Below are positions 17,901 to 28,088 of a stretch of 34,496 nt of DNA, one piece after another. Within the stretch, counting starts at the first letter, position 1, and each line of letters opens with the position of its first letter. The notes under the pieces were generated by a model. It searched no databases. It saw only the letters and a list, made by a program, of their open reading frames with translations, and was not told the DNA's origin. This DNA is from Tubiluchus corallicola. Its lineage: Eukaryota > Animalia > Priapulida. The stretch is taken from contig JAQGDQ010001124.1 of the NCBI GenBank assembly GCA_030141605.1, positions 1 to 34,496 on the forward strand, read 5' to 3'. The translations under genes were made by a program, and so were the position numbers.

Positions 17901-20309
17901 AAATGAAGAGTTTATCACATACCAGCACTAAGATAGCATGGTTATCTTAAGCTCATGTGAAAGCTGTTCCTTTTTGGAACCTCACAGTAATTTTTTCTCC
18001 ACCAGTATGTAATTTTGCTAAGACCTGGACACTCGGAATTCAAAAAAGTTGGCAATTCAGATTTTCTAAACATTACAGCCTATTCTAAAGAAATGAAGTA
18101 AGACCATTTTGACCCTTGAATCTACGAGAACAAGTCACACGCTCGAGAAAATTGGCCTAGAAAACTGAACTCTGGCCCACGCAATTTCACATTCAATACA
18201 CTACATTTTCACGCAGCCTGTGATGGTTTAATCCAGCGACCCGCCATAATATATTAGTTGTAAACACATTGCACTTTCAACTGCTTCACTTTGCTGCGGG
18301 TTGCCTGTGTCAAGGTCAAGTCTGCTCCTCTGCTAATGCTGTGCTCACTGCACTGATTGTGACCATGCAGTAAAACTCTGTGGAGGTGCCTGTGTCAAGG
18401 TCAAGTCTGCTCCTCTGCTAATGCTGTGCTCACTGCACTGATTGTGACCACGGAGTTAAACTCTGTGCAGGTGCCTGTGCCAAGGTCAAGTCTGATCCTC
18501 TGCTAATGCTGTGCTCACTGCACTGATTGTGACCATGCAGTAAAACTCTGTGGAGGTGCCTGTGTCATGGTCAAGTCTGCTCCTCTGCTAATGCTGTGCT
18601 CACTGAACTGATTGTGACCACGGAGTTAAACTCTGTGCAGGTGCCTGTGCCAAGGTCAAGTCTGATCCTCTGCTAATGCTGTGCTCACTGCACTGATTGT
18701 GACCATGCAGTAAAACTCTGTGGAGGTGCCTGTGTCAAGGTCAAGTCTGCTCCTCTGCTAATGCTGTGCTCACTGCACTGATTGTGACCATGCAGTAAAA
18801 CTCTGTGGAGGTGCCTGTGTCAAGGTCAAGTCTGATCCTCTGCTAATGCTGTGCTCACTACACTGATTGTGACCATGCAGTAAAACTCTGTGGAGGTGCC
18901 TGTGTCATGGTCAAGTCTGCTCCTCTGCTAATGCTGTGCTCACTGCACTGATTGTGACCATGCAGTAAAACTCTGTGGAGGTGCCTGTGTCATGGTCAAG
19001 TCTGCTCCTCTGCTAATGCTGTGCTCACTGCACTGATTGTGACCATGGAGTAAAACTCTGTGGAGGTGCCTATGTCAAGGTCAAGTCTGATCCTCTGCTA
19101 ATGCTGTGCTCACTGCACTGATTGTGACCATGCAGTAAAACTCTGTGGAGGTGCCTGTGTCAAGGTCAAGTCTGCTCCTCTGCTAATGCTGTGCTCACTG
19201 CACTGATTGTGACCACGCAGTAAAACTCTGTGGAGGTGCCTGTGTCAAGGTCAAGTCTGATCCTCTGCTAATGCTGTGCTCACTGCACTGATTGTGACCA
19301 TGTAGTAAAACTCTGTGGAGGTGCCTATGTCAAGGTCAAGTCTGCTCCTCTGCTAATGCTGTGCTCACTGCACTGATTGTGACCACGCAGTAAAACTCTG
19401 TGTTGTTTTTGACTCTGTGCAGTTAAATTACAGTACATTCTACAGCTGTAGCTAGAACCATTTCTCAGCGAGCGGTCAAGCAATTTTTATCAGCGTGCAG
19501 TCAAGCTTCTGCTAAATATCAATGATCCAGATTATCGCGATACTGGCTCGCTTTTACGACACATGTATCACGATACATAGATGTATCGTTACAGGCCTAG
19601 GTTACTTACTTGAGAGGTACAACTGGCTTGACTTGTCCAAACTTGCTAGTGAAGATGAAACCTTCGAGTGCGACGATCAAAAATTGGGAGAAAGTCACCA
19701 ACATGCCGCTGCTTGGCACTTCCCTTGGAATAAAAAATTGTACTTGTAATTCTCTGCATTACCATAAGCGACATTAAAAATTAAAACTACATTAACTAAT
19801 ACAAGCCTGTCTGCAAAGCATCAAGTTTTAGCAATAGCCAACTGAACATTAGTTTTCAGTACATATAAGTGTGCATTAGATAACCAAGACCAAGCATAGC
19901 CAGTGAATGGATGACTTTTTTTGGGGGGGGGAGAGATTCATTTGTCATATTGTCGCAGTCTACATACTTCAGTACAAGAATTATAGTCTGCAACTTATCT
20001 AATTCTGCATTCGAACATAGCTAAGACAGACACATCAGTCGAGTCAACGGACTAGAATGCACTCAAGTTGCATATGAAAATGAACAATCGCTTTGCACTT
20101 CATTTCAGTTTAACATTTGATGCATAAAGCCATATGACATAGCAAAGGCTTGCCTTTTGTCTACGGAAATTACATAAATTAATAAAGTTATTTAATAATA
20201 TTATGAATAGTATTCTGTCTACATAGGCATACTTGATTATTAGTTCGAGAAACATCACGTTGCTACAACAGCCAGCAAATACCAGAAAAACAGCCATAAG
20301 TGGTGACAT
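6302..20309 (-). CDS. SLC35B4: SLC35B4 nucleotide-sugar (UDP-xylose/UDP-GlcNAc) transporter, complete spliced CDS, 10 exons, 330 aa
   Basis: Exons 20309-20233, 19723-19610, 17299-17197, 16792-16661, 13873-13816, 13001-12892, 11499-11424, 10372-10297, 7612-7467, 6402-6302. All introns are GT-AG with compatible phases, giving 993 nt. The translation carries the SLC35B4/YEA4/Efr signature blocks VFAGCCSNVxFLEL, VTFxQFL, NISMPLHMIFRAGSLIANMILG, ARLGIFQE..YK.HGKHP.ESLFY.H..PLP, LTTEC.SLTV.LV..LRKF.SL..SI.YFQNPFT..HW.GT..VFIGTL. An in-frame TAA lies 12 nt upstream of the ATG. Confidence 0.96.
6774..7106 (+). repeat. Dispersed repeat, copy 2, in SLC35B4 intron 9
   Basis: Direct match to 1-300. Confidence 0.92.
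7240..7376. mobile_element. Fragment of the pogo/Tigger-like MITE family
   Basis: Four cttataaggtac subterminal repeats and the terminus atccgaggttaactg|TA, as at 13557-13572. Confidence 0.65.
7467..7612 (-). CDS. SLC35B4: SLC35B4 coding exon 9 (YIGIRAVYVLTTECKSLTVNLVIALRKFISLLISIFYFQNPFTTYHWI/G)
   Basis: Acceptor ccttaactacgactttag|G, donor TAG|GTAAGA, 146 nt. Confidence 0.95.
7786..8040 (+). mobile_element. LTR-like repeat, 3'-truncated copy
   Basis: Starts TGTTGTGGAG, contains TATATAAG, and is the reverse complement of about 8448-8704. Confidence 0.75.
8150..8320 (+). mobile_element. Degenerate CR1/L2-clade LINE ORF2 C-terminal fragment
   Basis: Translates to TRGDFVFSAVVPKCWNSLPQSL..., then FKK/LKKHLK, matching the GDRAFS..AP.LWNSLP...FK..LK tail typical of CR1/L2/Crack ORF2. 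Confidence 0.7.
8338..8704 (-). mobile_element. Full-length solo-LTR-like element, 367 bp (TGTT...AACA; BEL/Pao- or Gypsy-like)
   Basis: On the minus strand it begins TGTTGTGG and ends CAGCAACA, with a TATA-like motif (TGTATAAG) followed by AATAAA in U3-R-U5 order; two other copies in the window; no direct TSD seen. Confidence 0.65.
8906..9008. repeat. (ATT)n microsatellite
   Basis: About 30 nearly perfect units. Confidence 0.98.
9196..9712. mobile_element. Kolobok-like MITE, diverged copy
   Basis: TTAA|AGGAAG left end; colinear similarity over ~500 bp with 25131-25646 (shared blocks ttaaaaacttaatta, ttttcaacagca, ttcaaattta, tgcatgt.acagtgaa, aataattcttt.acg.aagtcat). Confidence 0.6.
9703..10201. 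repeat. 47-bp minisatellite, about 10.5 copies
   Basis: Unit gagtagattgttttgacctacaatatgtttcctttcaatgtttcaaa (starts at 9727, 9774, ...). Confidence 0.97.
10297..10372 (-). CDS. SLC35B4: SLC35B4 coding exon 8 (SLLLPLIGLGVPKMWLYLAANVIS/Q)
   Basis: Acceptor tttttcag|A, donor CA|GTATCCTTT (U12 consensus), 76 nt. Confidence 0.94.
10421..11251. repeat. 23/24-bp minisatellite (GCAAAACAAGCTTAAATTCTAAT/CTCAA), about 35 copies, filling most of intron 7
   Basis: Head-to-tail units, most with an AAGCTT site. Confidence 0.97.
11424..11499 (-). CDS. SLC35B4: SLC35B4 coding exon 7 (HLMPLPAFLFFAKDIYKHVIIFSQS/D)
   Basis: Pyrimidine-rich acceptor ending tttttag|C, donor CAG|GTGAGA, 76 nt. Confidence 0.93.
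11797..12023. repeat. (CAA)n/(CAG)n compound microsatellite in intron 6
   Basis: Seen directly. Confidence 0.97.
12231..12723 (+). mobile_element. hAT-like MITE, copy retaining the right TIR (ATTCTCATCCCTG)
   Basis: Colinear with 15886-16556; its end is the reverse complement of CAGGGATGAGAAT at 15859; the same right end recurs at 8041-8093. Confidence 0.7.
12892..13001 (-). CDS. SLC35B4: SLC35B4 coding exon 6 (VSLMFVNLFLAARLGIFQEQIYKQHGKHPRESLFYT)
   Basis: Acceptor tctcatgtag|G, donor ACG|GTAAGA, 110 nt. Confidence 0.95.
13097..13570. mobile_element. pogo/Tigger-like (Tc1-mariner superfamily) MITE, 474 bp, intact, in intron 5
   Basis: TA|CAGTCAACCTCG ... CGAGGTTGACTG|TA; repeated TATAAGG subterminal motifs. 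Confidence 0.9.
13816..13873 (-). CDS. SLC35B4: SLC35B4 coding exon 5 (QQKEVSAEESWRQFMWWSL/G)
   Basis: Acceptor tgtatttag|C, donor G|GTAAGA, 58 nt; the F.WW.LG motif and phases 0/1 fit the neighbouring exons. Confidence 0.88.
13940..14570 (+). mobile_element. 5'-truncated L2/Crack-type LINE (ORF2 tail, 3' UTR, repeat tail)
   Basis: 13958-14140 translates to KRYNARHNEYIPRHCRINMAKHFISYMGPVLWNRVSRSSKCSHPLSTFKKTVRKEIFQKY*; stem-loop gtttggcct...aggctcaaac at ~14357-14391; AATAAA followed by a (CTTATA)n tail ending at 14570. Confidence 0.75.
15241..15547 (+). repeat. Internal fragment of the hAT-like repeat, duplicated at 16171-16467
   Basis: tctactaactgcaacatagctc...tagcggtcagcttgtgaaat is present in both places. 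Confidence 0.85.
15859..16556 (+). mobile_element. hAT-like MITE, copy retaining the left TIR (CAGGGATGAGAAT), right end truncated
   Basis: Matches 12231-12695 apart from an extra ~180-bp segment bounded by a repeated tctgcaattgactc. Confidence 0.7.
16661..16792 (-). CDS. SLC35B4: SLC35B4 coding exon 4 (GSLIANMILGMVILHYRYKLTKYIAVLMISIGIATCTIASGKQV)
   Basis: Acceptor ttgttttcag|G, donor GTG|GTAAGT, 132 nt; lies inside ORF 16607..16849. Confidence 0.95.
17197..17299 (-). CDS. SLC35B4: SLC35B4 coding exon 3 (KYALIVCVFFFVSVINNYVWNFNISMPLHMIFRA)
   Basis: Acceptor tcttattctag|A, donor GCA|GTAAGT, 103 nt, MPLHMIFR motif. Confidence 0.95.
18302..19402. repeat. 85-bp minisatellite, 13 copies, in intron 2
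   Basis: gcctgtgtcaaggtcaag recurs at 18303, 18388, 18473 ... 19323. Confidence 0.98.
19610..19723 (-). CDS. SLC35B4: SLC35B4 coding exon 2 (EVPSSGMLVTFSQFLIVALEGFIFTSKFGQVKPVVPL/K)
   Basis: Acceptor ttattccaag|G, donor AA|GTAAGT, 114 nt; absent from the ORF track, translated by hand. Confidence 0.93.
20233..20309 (-). CDS. SLC35B4: SLC35B4 coding exon 1 (MSPLMAVFLVFAGCCSNVMFLELII/K)
   Basis: ATG at 20309, GCCSNV motif, donor AA|GTATGC, 77 nt. Confidence 0.95.
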
Positions 20310-22449
20310 GACGACGTCTTACTCAAGTAGAAATACTAACTTATAGAAATCTGATTCTAAAAACAGTTATTAGTTGTAAAATCGAAACGAAACGCCAAAA
20401 GAACTTAGTAATTCACAAAATATTATTTGCCAGATCAGCGTTGTTGACAGTCGCGCCGCTACAAGGCACAAAACGTGCAATCTCGATATTTATTGATTTT
20501 GTGATTCCATTTTCTCACACTCAGTGGCGCACTCACAGGGCCTTTGCTGGATCACTCGACAGGAATACCCACTATATAACGCTTTTATGGCTGTATTCAA
20601 CTATTCACTGTTCAGTTGTTCTGTAGTATTCAACCAATCGTAAATTGTAAAGCACTCATATTAGCAGTTGAGTGAAGAGTCACAAGTCATTTATTTATTG
20701 TCATTTAGTGTCACCTTCGTAATGACTATCTCGCTTTTCCTGTGGCACTATGGTCTCCACTGCTGCAGTGATACCGACTGATACCAATGTCAATCAGGTA
20801 ATCTTTTTGTGCACAATTTCAGGATGCAAATGTTTGGAAAAAAATTGAGCCAAATATAAGGTATAAACACCATGAAGATACATTACTTTAAAAGCTTGCA
20901 ATTACTGACAAAAACCTACTAGCTTACAAGCTTAGCCTACGAGCCTTGCTCAAATTGACTTTTGCATGGCTGCATCTCCCCTTTCTCTCTCGCATTTTCT
21001 CTAGATCTCCTTCTATCTCTTACTCACTAACTCAGTCAGTTTCTCCTTGCAACTTCCTCTCCCTCTTTTCTCTCTCACTCTTTTTTATCTAGTCATGACT
21101 TTGCATAAATGCTCATTTCATTTATTCTGTTTTTCTCATACACAACAGTAATCAATAATCAGATTGGAAATTCAGAAATGGCTTAATTTTGCATATGGCA
21201 TAAATGCACCGCATAAGCCTCGGTGATGTCACCATAATGTCTTGCAAACCAAAGCGTTGTTAGAATGTAATTATAGTGCTGAACCTTTTTGTATAATATG
21301 TGCATTTTGACTTATTGTGACTTGACTGTAGAGTTATTACTGGGAAATTGCTGCATAAGATTTAATAGATAAATTAGAGGTGTAAAGTTTATTATTTCAC
21401 ATTATAACCAGCTCATGACATTAAGAGCAGAAGGCTATGTGCAGATTACACCACTGAATTGAGCCATAATTTAGATGTGTGCTTTCATAGATAAATCGTT
21501 CATAAGTCGGCAATTAAGCTTTTCCACTTATTCACACAATTCTTATCATGAATCTCCATTTCATGAGGATCAGTTTGATACCAAGTTTATCACATGATGT
21601 TATTTCTATGCTCAAGACAACCCACGCTGAAGTTCAGGTGTAGGCTAAGCACTGAAAAACTTAATCTTGAGAAAATCGCTTCTAAAGTTAGCTATTGTTT
21701 TTTGTTGCATCTCTACAAAGCACTTAACAACCGCTCAAATGTTGGTTGCTATGGGCTTTACAGGAACACATTGAAATTATGTTTAAATCCAGTAGATGGC
21801 CTTTCCTGATGAAGATCTGGACTTCGCAACAGAAAAAACACGAAGCAAACTGATTTCTTCCACGGCACGAGCTACTATCGGAGTTTGCTATGCAAGTTTT
21901 TTTACAATTGCACTACTAGTTTCTAGCCAGAAAACTAGGTAGTGGTTTCTACCCCGGACAAGTAGTGCATTCTACTTTGAAGCATCACAATGTAGCTTTA
22001 GCTATGTCGAATTTTGGATGACTTTGGTTTGTAATCACACAGATGATGATGTAAAATTGCAGAACGCTCATATTGCAAGATGAGATCATGATGTTAGAAC
22101 ACTAAGATGTTGTATTCATTGGTTTGCAACTTTAGCTTACGGTGTATTGGTATGTCTTTATGTAATTGTAAGTAACGTTTTCTTCTTCAATAAACTTCTT
22201 CCATATTTGTTCCAATTGTCTGTTCAATCACGGTGAGAATGTATTCCCTGTACATCTGAGATTACGACCCATAAACAAAAATGAACTCAATGCCAAAAGA
22301 TTTATAATCCTATTTATAATTTAGGTGCTGACATAACTTGCTGTTTGTGATAGTGAATTTTAACATGATGTCTTGCAGACACTTTTGAACAAAGATATCA
22401 TAGTAAAAATCTGATCAACTTATTTAGCTTGTTTTAGTCTGGTTAACAA

Positions 22450-22822
22450 TAGGGGCGAGCATCGAACTTTCGAGCTCGAACGTTCAAATTCGATTATAGA
22501 AATTGTAATAGAAACCTGAAATTACAGACTAGAATAATTCAGCACATCAGCTACATTTGTTTTTTATCATTAAAACGTTTGAAACAGTATGCAATTATCA
22601 TAATTTAGCAGCAGTTTCTGTGCAAACTTTTTAACAAACTAATAATGTTTTACAGCAGAACAAAATCATGCAATATGCATGGGTTTTGAAAGACCACTTT
22701 TTACTAGTGGTTCAAAAACTTGGTCGAAAATCTTTCAAACTCAATTCGAATTCGGAATACTTAAATTCGGTTTGAATTCGAAAGTCGTAAATTCGATTCG
22801 AATTAGAGAATGCTTACCCCTA
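22450..22822. mobile_element. hAT-like MITE, 373 bp
   Basis: TIRs TAGGGGCGAGCAT / ATGCTTACCCCTA (11/13 match); 8-bp flanks gttaacaa / gttaatag (6/8 match); many TTCGAA subterminal repeats. Confidence 0.75.
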
Positions 22823-22909
22823 GTTAATAGTAAAATATATGATCCATTGCTCTTGTTCGCACGCAAAGCCTGAAATCAATTTTTAAATTGTTAGCAAGTT
22901 TGGTGTTTT

Positions 22910-23159
22910 GTCTCAGCACGTGCGTCGTGCGGCGTGCGCTGTAACAAAACAACCTCTCTAGTTCAGTCAGCTGGTTCATATGTTTGTGAGTTTTAGCGAT
23001 TAGTTGGTTTGTTTGGAGTGATTCATTTCTTTCACGTCATGCGTTTCATTATCGAAATTTAGTCGCCTGTGTATTGGAGGTACTCCAGAACCTTCTGGAC
23101 AAACTCGAAACTTATCACGATGGTTAAACTGTTTACTTTACTATAAACTGTGAGTAAGT
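22910..23159 (+). promoter_or_regulatory. Candidate promoter and non-coding first exon of a plus-strand gene
   Basis: CpG-rich patch, CACGTG at 22917, initiator-like TCAGTC at 22963, overlapping strong donors GTGAGT (23150) and GTAAGT (23154); motif evidence only. Confidence 0.3.
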
Positions 23160-23559
23160 TTAATCTTAGACCATACCTGCTTGGGTATGACGTTTCGTCT
23201 CGCGACACAAACAGTATTGTCGCAATAGCTCAAGTGCGTGTAAATCGATTTTGAAACGGTCTTCTGTATATAAAATTATCAGCTTATTTACACTGACGGA
23301 GCGATTTTGCAAACTCACCGTTTTCTGGTAAGTTAAAAGTTATTCTCAGTTGCTTTCTTCATTGTGATTGTAAGTATCAATTAATATGATTGAAGTAAAA
23401 CTAAAAGTACAATATACGTTGTGCTTGATTGGCTTTTTATTTGTGCAATTAAATGACTTAAATTTTTGCAATTTTTGTGATGCATAATCATGTAGAACCT
23501 ATTATATAGACCTGTAATAATAATAATAATAATAATCTTTTTATGTTTCTATATTTATT

Positions 23560-23778
23560 CATTTTTTTCCATTTGTATAATTATAATATAACTGCTTTGC
23601 ATTTTAGTCTGTGTAGTCTGTCGTGCTGTATAATATTTCTAAGTTATATAGGGGTGGCTGACTCGATAACCTCCTGGTCTTTCGCCACCCCATCTCTGCA
23701 TACTTTACGTAATTTGTTGTATTTGCGCTATAAATAATATATTAGAGATGACTAAACCTTCGAATTGAATTGAATTAA
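23560..23778 (+). mobile_element. Probable L2/Crack LINE 3' end
   Basis: Stem-loop GGGGTGGC...GCCACCCC (23651-23690) and a (GAATT)n tail; no coding part left. Confidence 0.45.
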
Positions 23779-24049
23779 ATATAGTGGTTTCATTTAACCA
23801 CATCTACTATGTAATGTTAATTATATTGTGTAAACTAACAATGTACTTCCTTTAAACACTAATTTATTTATTTTGAAATAATAAGCAAGTGATTGCGTCC
23901 ATTATTTAAGTACTTAAGGTTTAGGAACATCAAATAAGGACTGTACTTTGAACTAGACTATGCTGTTGACGTGGCACGGAAACGGGGTCTCTGTACCGTA
24001 CCTGGTATGAATGCATGTACAAGGACGTACTTTTCGTTCATGGTTGCAA

Positions 24050-24120
24050 TACAGTGTTCCCTCTTTACTTTGCGGTTCGTTTATTTCGCGAAGTTGTTAT
24101 TTGTTTCGCGGGGTTTTGCG
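24050..24120 (+). mobile_element. Isolated pogo/Tigger-like terminus
   Basis: TA|CAGTGTTCCCTC followed by TTCGCG-type subterminal repeats; no partner TIR in the window. Confidence 0.45.
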
Positions 24121-24169
24121 GTACTCCGTCTAAAGTATTTTTGCACATGCGTAGCGTTTTTTTGGTTTG

Positions 24170-26140
24170 TGTTTTTTTGTGGTTTTCTTCTATGACTTTT
24201 TTCTTGTGGCTTTTTCTGTGCTTTTTTCTTGTAGCTTTTTTCTGTGACTTTTTTCTTGTGGCTTTTTTCTGTGACTTTTTCTTGTGCCTTTTTCTGCGAC
24301 TTTTTCTTGTGGCTTTTTTCTGTGACTTTTTCTTGTGGCTTTTTTCTGTGACTTTTTCTTGTGCCTTTTTCTGTGACTTTTTCTTGTGGCTTTTTTCTGT
24401 GACTTTTTCTTGTGCCTTTTTTCTGTGACTTTTTCTTGTGCCTTTTTCTGTGACTTTTTCTTGTGCCTTTTTTCTGTGACTTTTTCTTGTGCCTTTTTCT
24501 GTGACTTTTTCTTGTGCCTTTTTCTGTGACTTTTTCTTGTGGCTTTTTTCTGTGACTTTTTCTGGCTTTTTTACTTTTTTCTTGTGGCTTTTTCTGTGAC
24601 TTTTTTACTTGGATTTGAATATGCAGCCATGTATTTTTGCATTTAATGGCCACCTTATCGTACAATGCGATGATCGATACTTCTAATGATCATACAGCTG
24701 TTTGCCTTCACAACTCTTACTAATCTGTTTAGTTATCACATGTAAGTAGCTCAGCGTTTGCTGGATAACAGTAAGCCCTGATACGACTTATGCTGCTTGA
24801 CATCCATTCATTGCTCAGTGCTCAGAGTATCTCCGAGCAATCCCCAGAGCACTTGCCTAGATACGTAACCGTATAACCATTGTTTTCTTACTAACATCGT
24901 GTACACTACATCAGTAGCTCATAGAAAAATTGAATTTATTAAAATGAAACACACAGAACAATTCTGATTTATACAGTATTACGGCAGTAGTGTTATGAGT
25001 GAGTCGAATGACACTTTAGAAAAAATGAATTATCAGTTTTAATAAATTCGCTGTACGGAATTATGATAAGGTACTCGTAGTGTATTGCTTTCTTTACAAC
25101 TTACAACTAGGAAGCAACAAGATGCTTGAAAGGAACGCAGGATAATTTTTCACATCCTGCCTTATTTTGAAGTATGATAAAAATATACAATTTAACACCC
25201 ATAATAATGCCATCTGAAGCATTTCCAACAATTAAATAATATGTTAAAAACTTAATTAGTGGCCCAGGACCTCAGCTAGTGATGACGTCATGTCTGAACA
25301 TTATTTTCAACAGCACGAATATTTCCGCAAGCATGCTGCGCAGATTAGCGAAGGGAAAAATTGAAATACAATGTACACCATCAAGTGTTATATACAAAAC
25401 CTGGCATATTTTAAGTTTAAAATTAAAACTTCAAATTTATGGCTACGCTCGCGCGTGAACCTCGTGAATGTGTGCACTACGTCACAACTGAACAACTAAA
25501 CTGAAACGTAAGCGGATGGTGAAATGCATGTGACAGTGAAAAACCAGCCGCATAAATGCGAAATTATGTTTCTGTAGTAATAATTCTTTTACGTAAGTCA
25601 TCCTTGAAAAATTGTAAATATAGTACAAGATTGGGTCGGTTTTTCTTTAACGTGGTGTGTACTACGTAATTGGATTACACATAAAAATTAATCATTGCTT
25701 TTCTTTGTACAAGTAACCCGAAACAAAGCATTCTAGTAAAGGTGTTATAGGCTTGCAGTAGAAAATTGAAAATGCGACTACATCTTTAGTGAGTTTGTTT
25801 GTGATGACGGGTATTCATTAAATCATTTCTCGAAGCAGGCAACGTTGTACTTAATAGGTAGTCTTTTTAGATACAAAATTTTCTGGTACTTTGCGAATTC
25901 CAAAGGCAACTGGACCTATGAGCATTTTTTTTGCCAAGCTTTGAATTTGGTCTGAAGCCATACTGACATTTGCAAGAAGCCATACTGACAGATACTGCTG
26001 CTGCCACTACTACTACTACTACTACTACTGCTACTACTGACACCACCACCACTGCTACTACCACTACCACTACTACTGCCACCACCACCACCACTACTAC
26101 TACTACTACTACACTTGCTACTACTACTACTACTGCCACC

Positions 26141-26222
<82 letters not shown>

Positions 26223-26310
26223 ATACTACTACCAACACTACCACTACCACTACCACACACACCACCAACAACCAATGCTACTGCTGCTGCTACTACTACT
26301 ACTGCTGCTG

Positions 26311-26395
<85 letters not shown>

Positions 26396-26413
26396 AACAA
26401 CTACTACTACTAC

Positions 26414-26446
<33 letters not shown>

Positions 26447-26565
26447 CACTACTACTACTACTGATGCTGCTGCTGTTGCCGCTGCCGCTACTACTACTAC
26501 TGCTACTGCTGTTGCTACTACTACTACTGCTGCTGCTACTGCTGCTGCTGCTGCTGCTGCTGCAC

Positions 26566-26616
<51 letters not shown>

Positions 26617-26634
26617 AACAACTACTACTACTAC

Positions 26635-26667
<33 letters not shown>

Positions 26668-26750
26668 CACTATTACTACTACTGATGCTGCTGCTGTTGC
26701 CGCTGCCGCTACTACTACTACTGCTGCTGCTACTACTACTACTGCTGCTG

Positions 26751-26782
<32 letters not shown>

Positions 26783-26827
26783 ACTACTGCTACTACTACT
26801 ACTACCACTACCACTACTACTATTATT
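24170..26827 (-). repeat. Left arm of a large inverted duplication: ~13-bp T-rich array (24170-24606), unique core (24607-25995), (CTA/CTG/CCA)n microsatellite (25996-26827)
   Basis: The core is the reverse complement of 32692-34080; paired coordinates sum to 58687 at 24607, 25261 and 25981. Confidence 0.96.
25131..25646. mobile_element. Kolobok-like MITE inside the left arm (mirror copy at 33041-33556)
   Basis: TGAA|AGGAA ... TTTCT|TTAA ends; homologous to 9196-9712. Confidence 0.55.
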
Positions 26828-28088
26828 ATATCACTTATTTCGAACATATAGTTTACACTATAAAAGGTGCAAAATTATATAGGAAAAAGTACAATTATAA
26901 TTACAGGATCAGTAGAATATAAGATGTTCGCAAAGCTTACTGTTGTATTGTCTAATACAAGAAATAACAAAGCTTCAACGCCTGTAGTAACGGTAACTGC
27001 AACTCAGCTTTGGCAACGGCAGTTTAGCTTAAATGCAAACAGTTGACAAAGCAAACGTAAACCACGACTCCTACCACGCTTTTTCGCGCCGCCCCGTATC
27101 CAATTATCTTTGTGCTTAAGTAATGATTTTCTAGACAGCACCTGGCGGCGATCAATTGAAAAGAGTTATACTGGCTGCTAAATTTTTCACCAAACACAAA
27201 CACGCTTGTCAAACGCATCAAATATTTACTCCATGTTGTCTCAATCGGCGTCTAGGCGAACCGATACTCGCAGTTATCGATTAGTCGCGCCTGTCAAAAG
27301 TGGCTTCCGCGCGGATTCAAGTTAGAGTTTGCATTCAGGCGCGCTTAAATCCCCTCGATCTGATAATGCGCATTCTGCTATTTTGCGCAGCATACCGGAT
27401 TGTTCCGAGTCAAAGAAATGGGAAGCCAATGTGGGATTCAATAGGCTCCCGGAGGAGTAAATTTGTGACACACTGCGAGATTGCCGTGACGAATGGGTTA
27501 CGCGAGTCACGTTGCCGAAGCCATTTTACACGGCTGAGTGGGCGTGAATCCGACACAAGAACACAGCTGCAAAAACGACCTAGCAATGCAAACAATGGAC
27601 GTCAAAAACAATGAAATTCGAACAATATGATCACAGCAGACAATGGAAAAGCTTATTTTCGAAACAGGGTAGTTTTTCCCAACCCCCACCCCCCTAGGTC
27701 TGCCATCCATTTCGCCCGCGCAAAGATTTATCTGGAGTAATAATTATTTCCTCAGCTGCACGCGGCTTCTGTGAGTTCGAAACACATTATACACTTTACG
27801 CCACGTCAAACATTTTCCAATTAAACCGGTAACCTACTAGACAAATTTGAAAGCAATAGGAGATTAATGTTTGCGGGAATGAAAGAATGTTAAGTAGCAT
27901 GTATGCCTGTCAAGTAACTCAGCTTTATTGCACTGTTGCTAATCAGGCAAACAAATCGAGTGTGTAAGACGAGCGACTATTAAATAGCAGACATTCCTTT
28001 CAAGCAGCATAGCCTCACCGCGGGTTGCTTAATGATCACTAGTTAGGTAGACAAACGTGAGAATGCGTAGAAATGAATAAATTTTAAA

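Noticed and set aside
18302-19402. Tandem miRNA/snoRNA cluster or CRISPR array
   Set aside because: No spacers; pairing beyond GGTCA/TGACC is short and mismatched; no snoRNA box arrangement recognised
19540-19599. hAT-like terminus (TAGGCCTGTAACGATAC on the minus strand) beside the exon 2 donor
   Set aside because: Only one short end is visible, with no partner TIR or TSD, so it is not called as an element
25867-26882. Mucin-like Thr-rich ORFs (also 32061-32745)
   Set aside because: Pure trinucleotide microsatellite; tract content is not conserved between the two otherwise near-identical arms
27300-27614. 104-aa ORF as a transposase for the inverted repeat
   Set aside because: Non-ATG start and no DDE, zinc-finger or other recognisable motif
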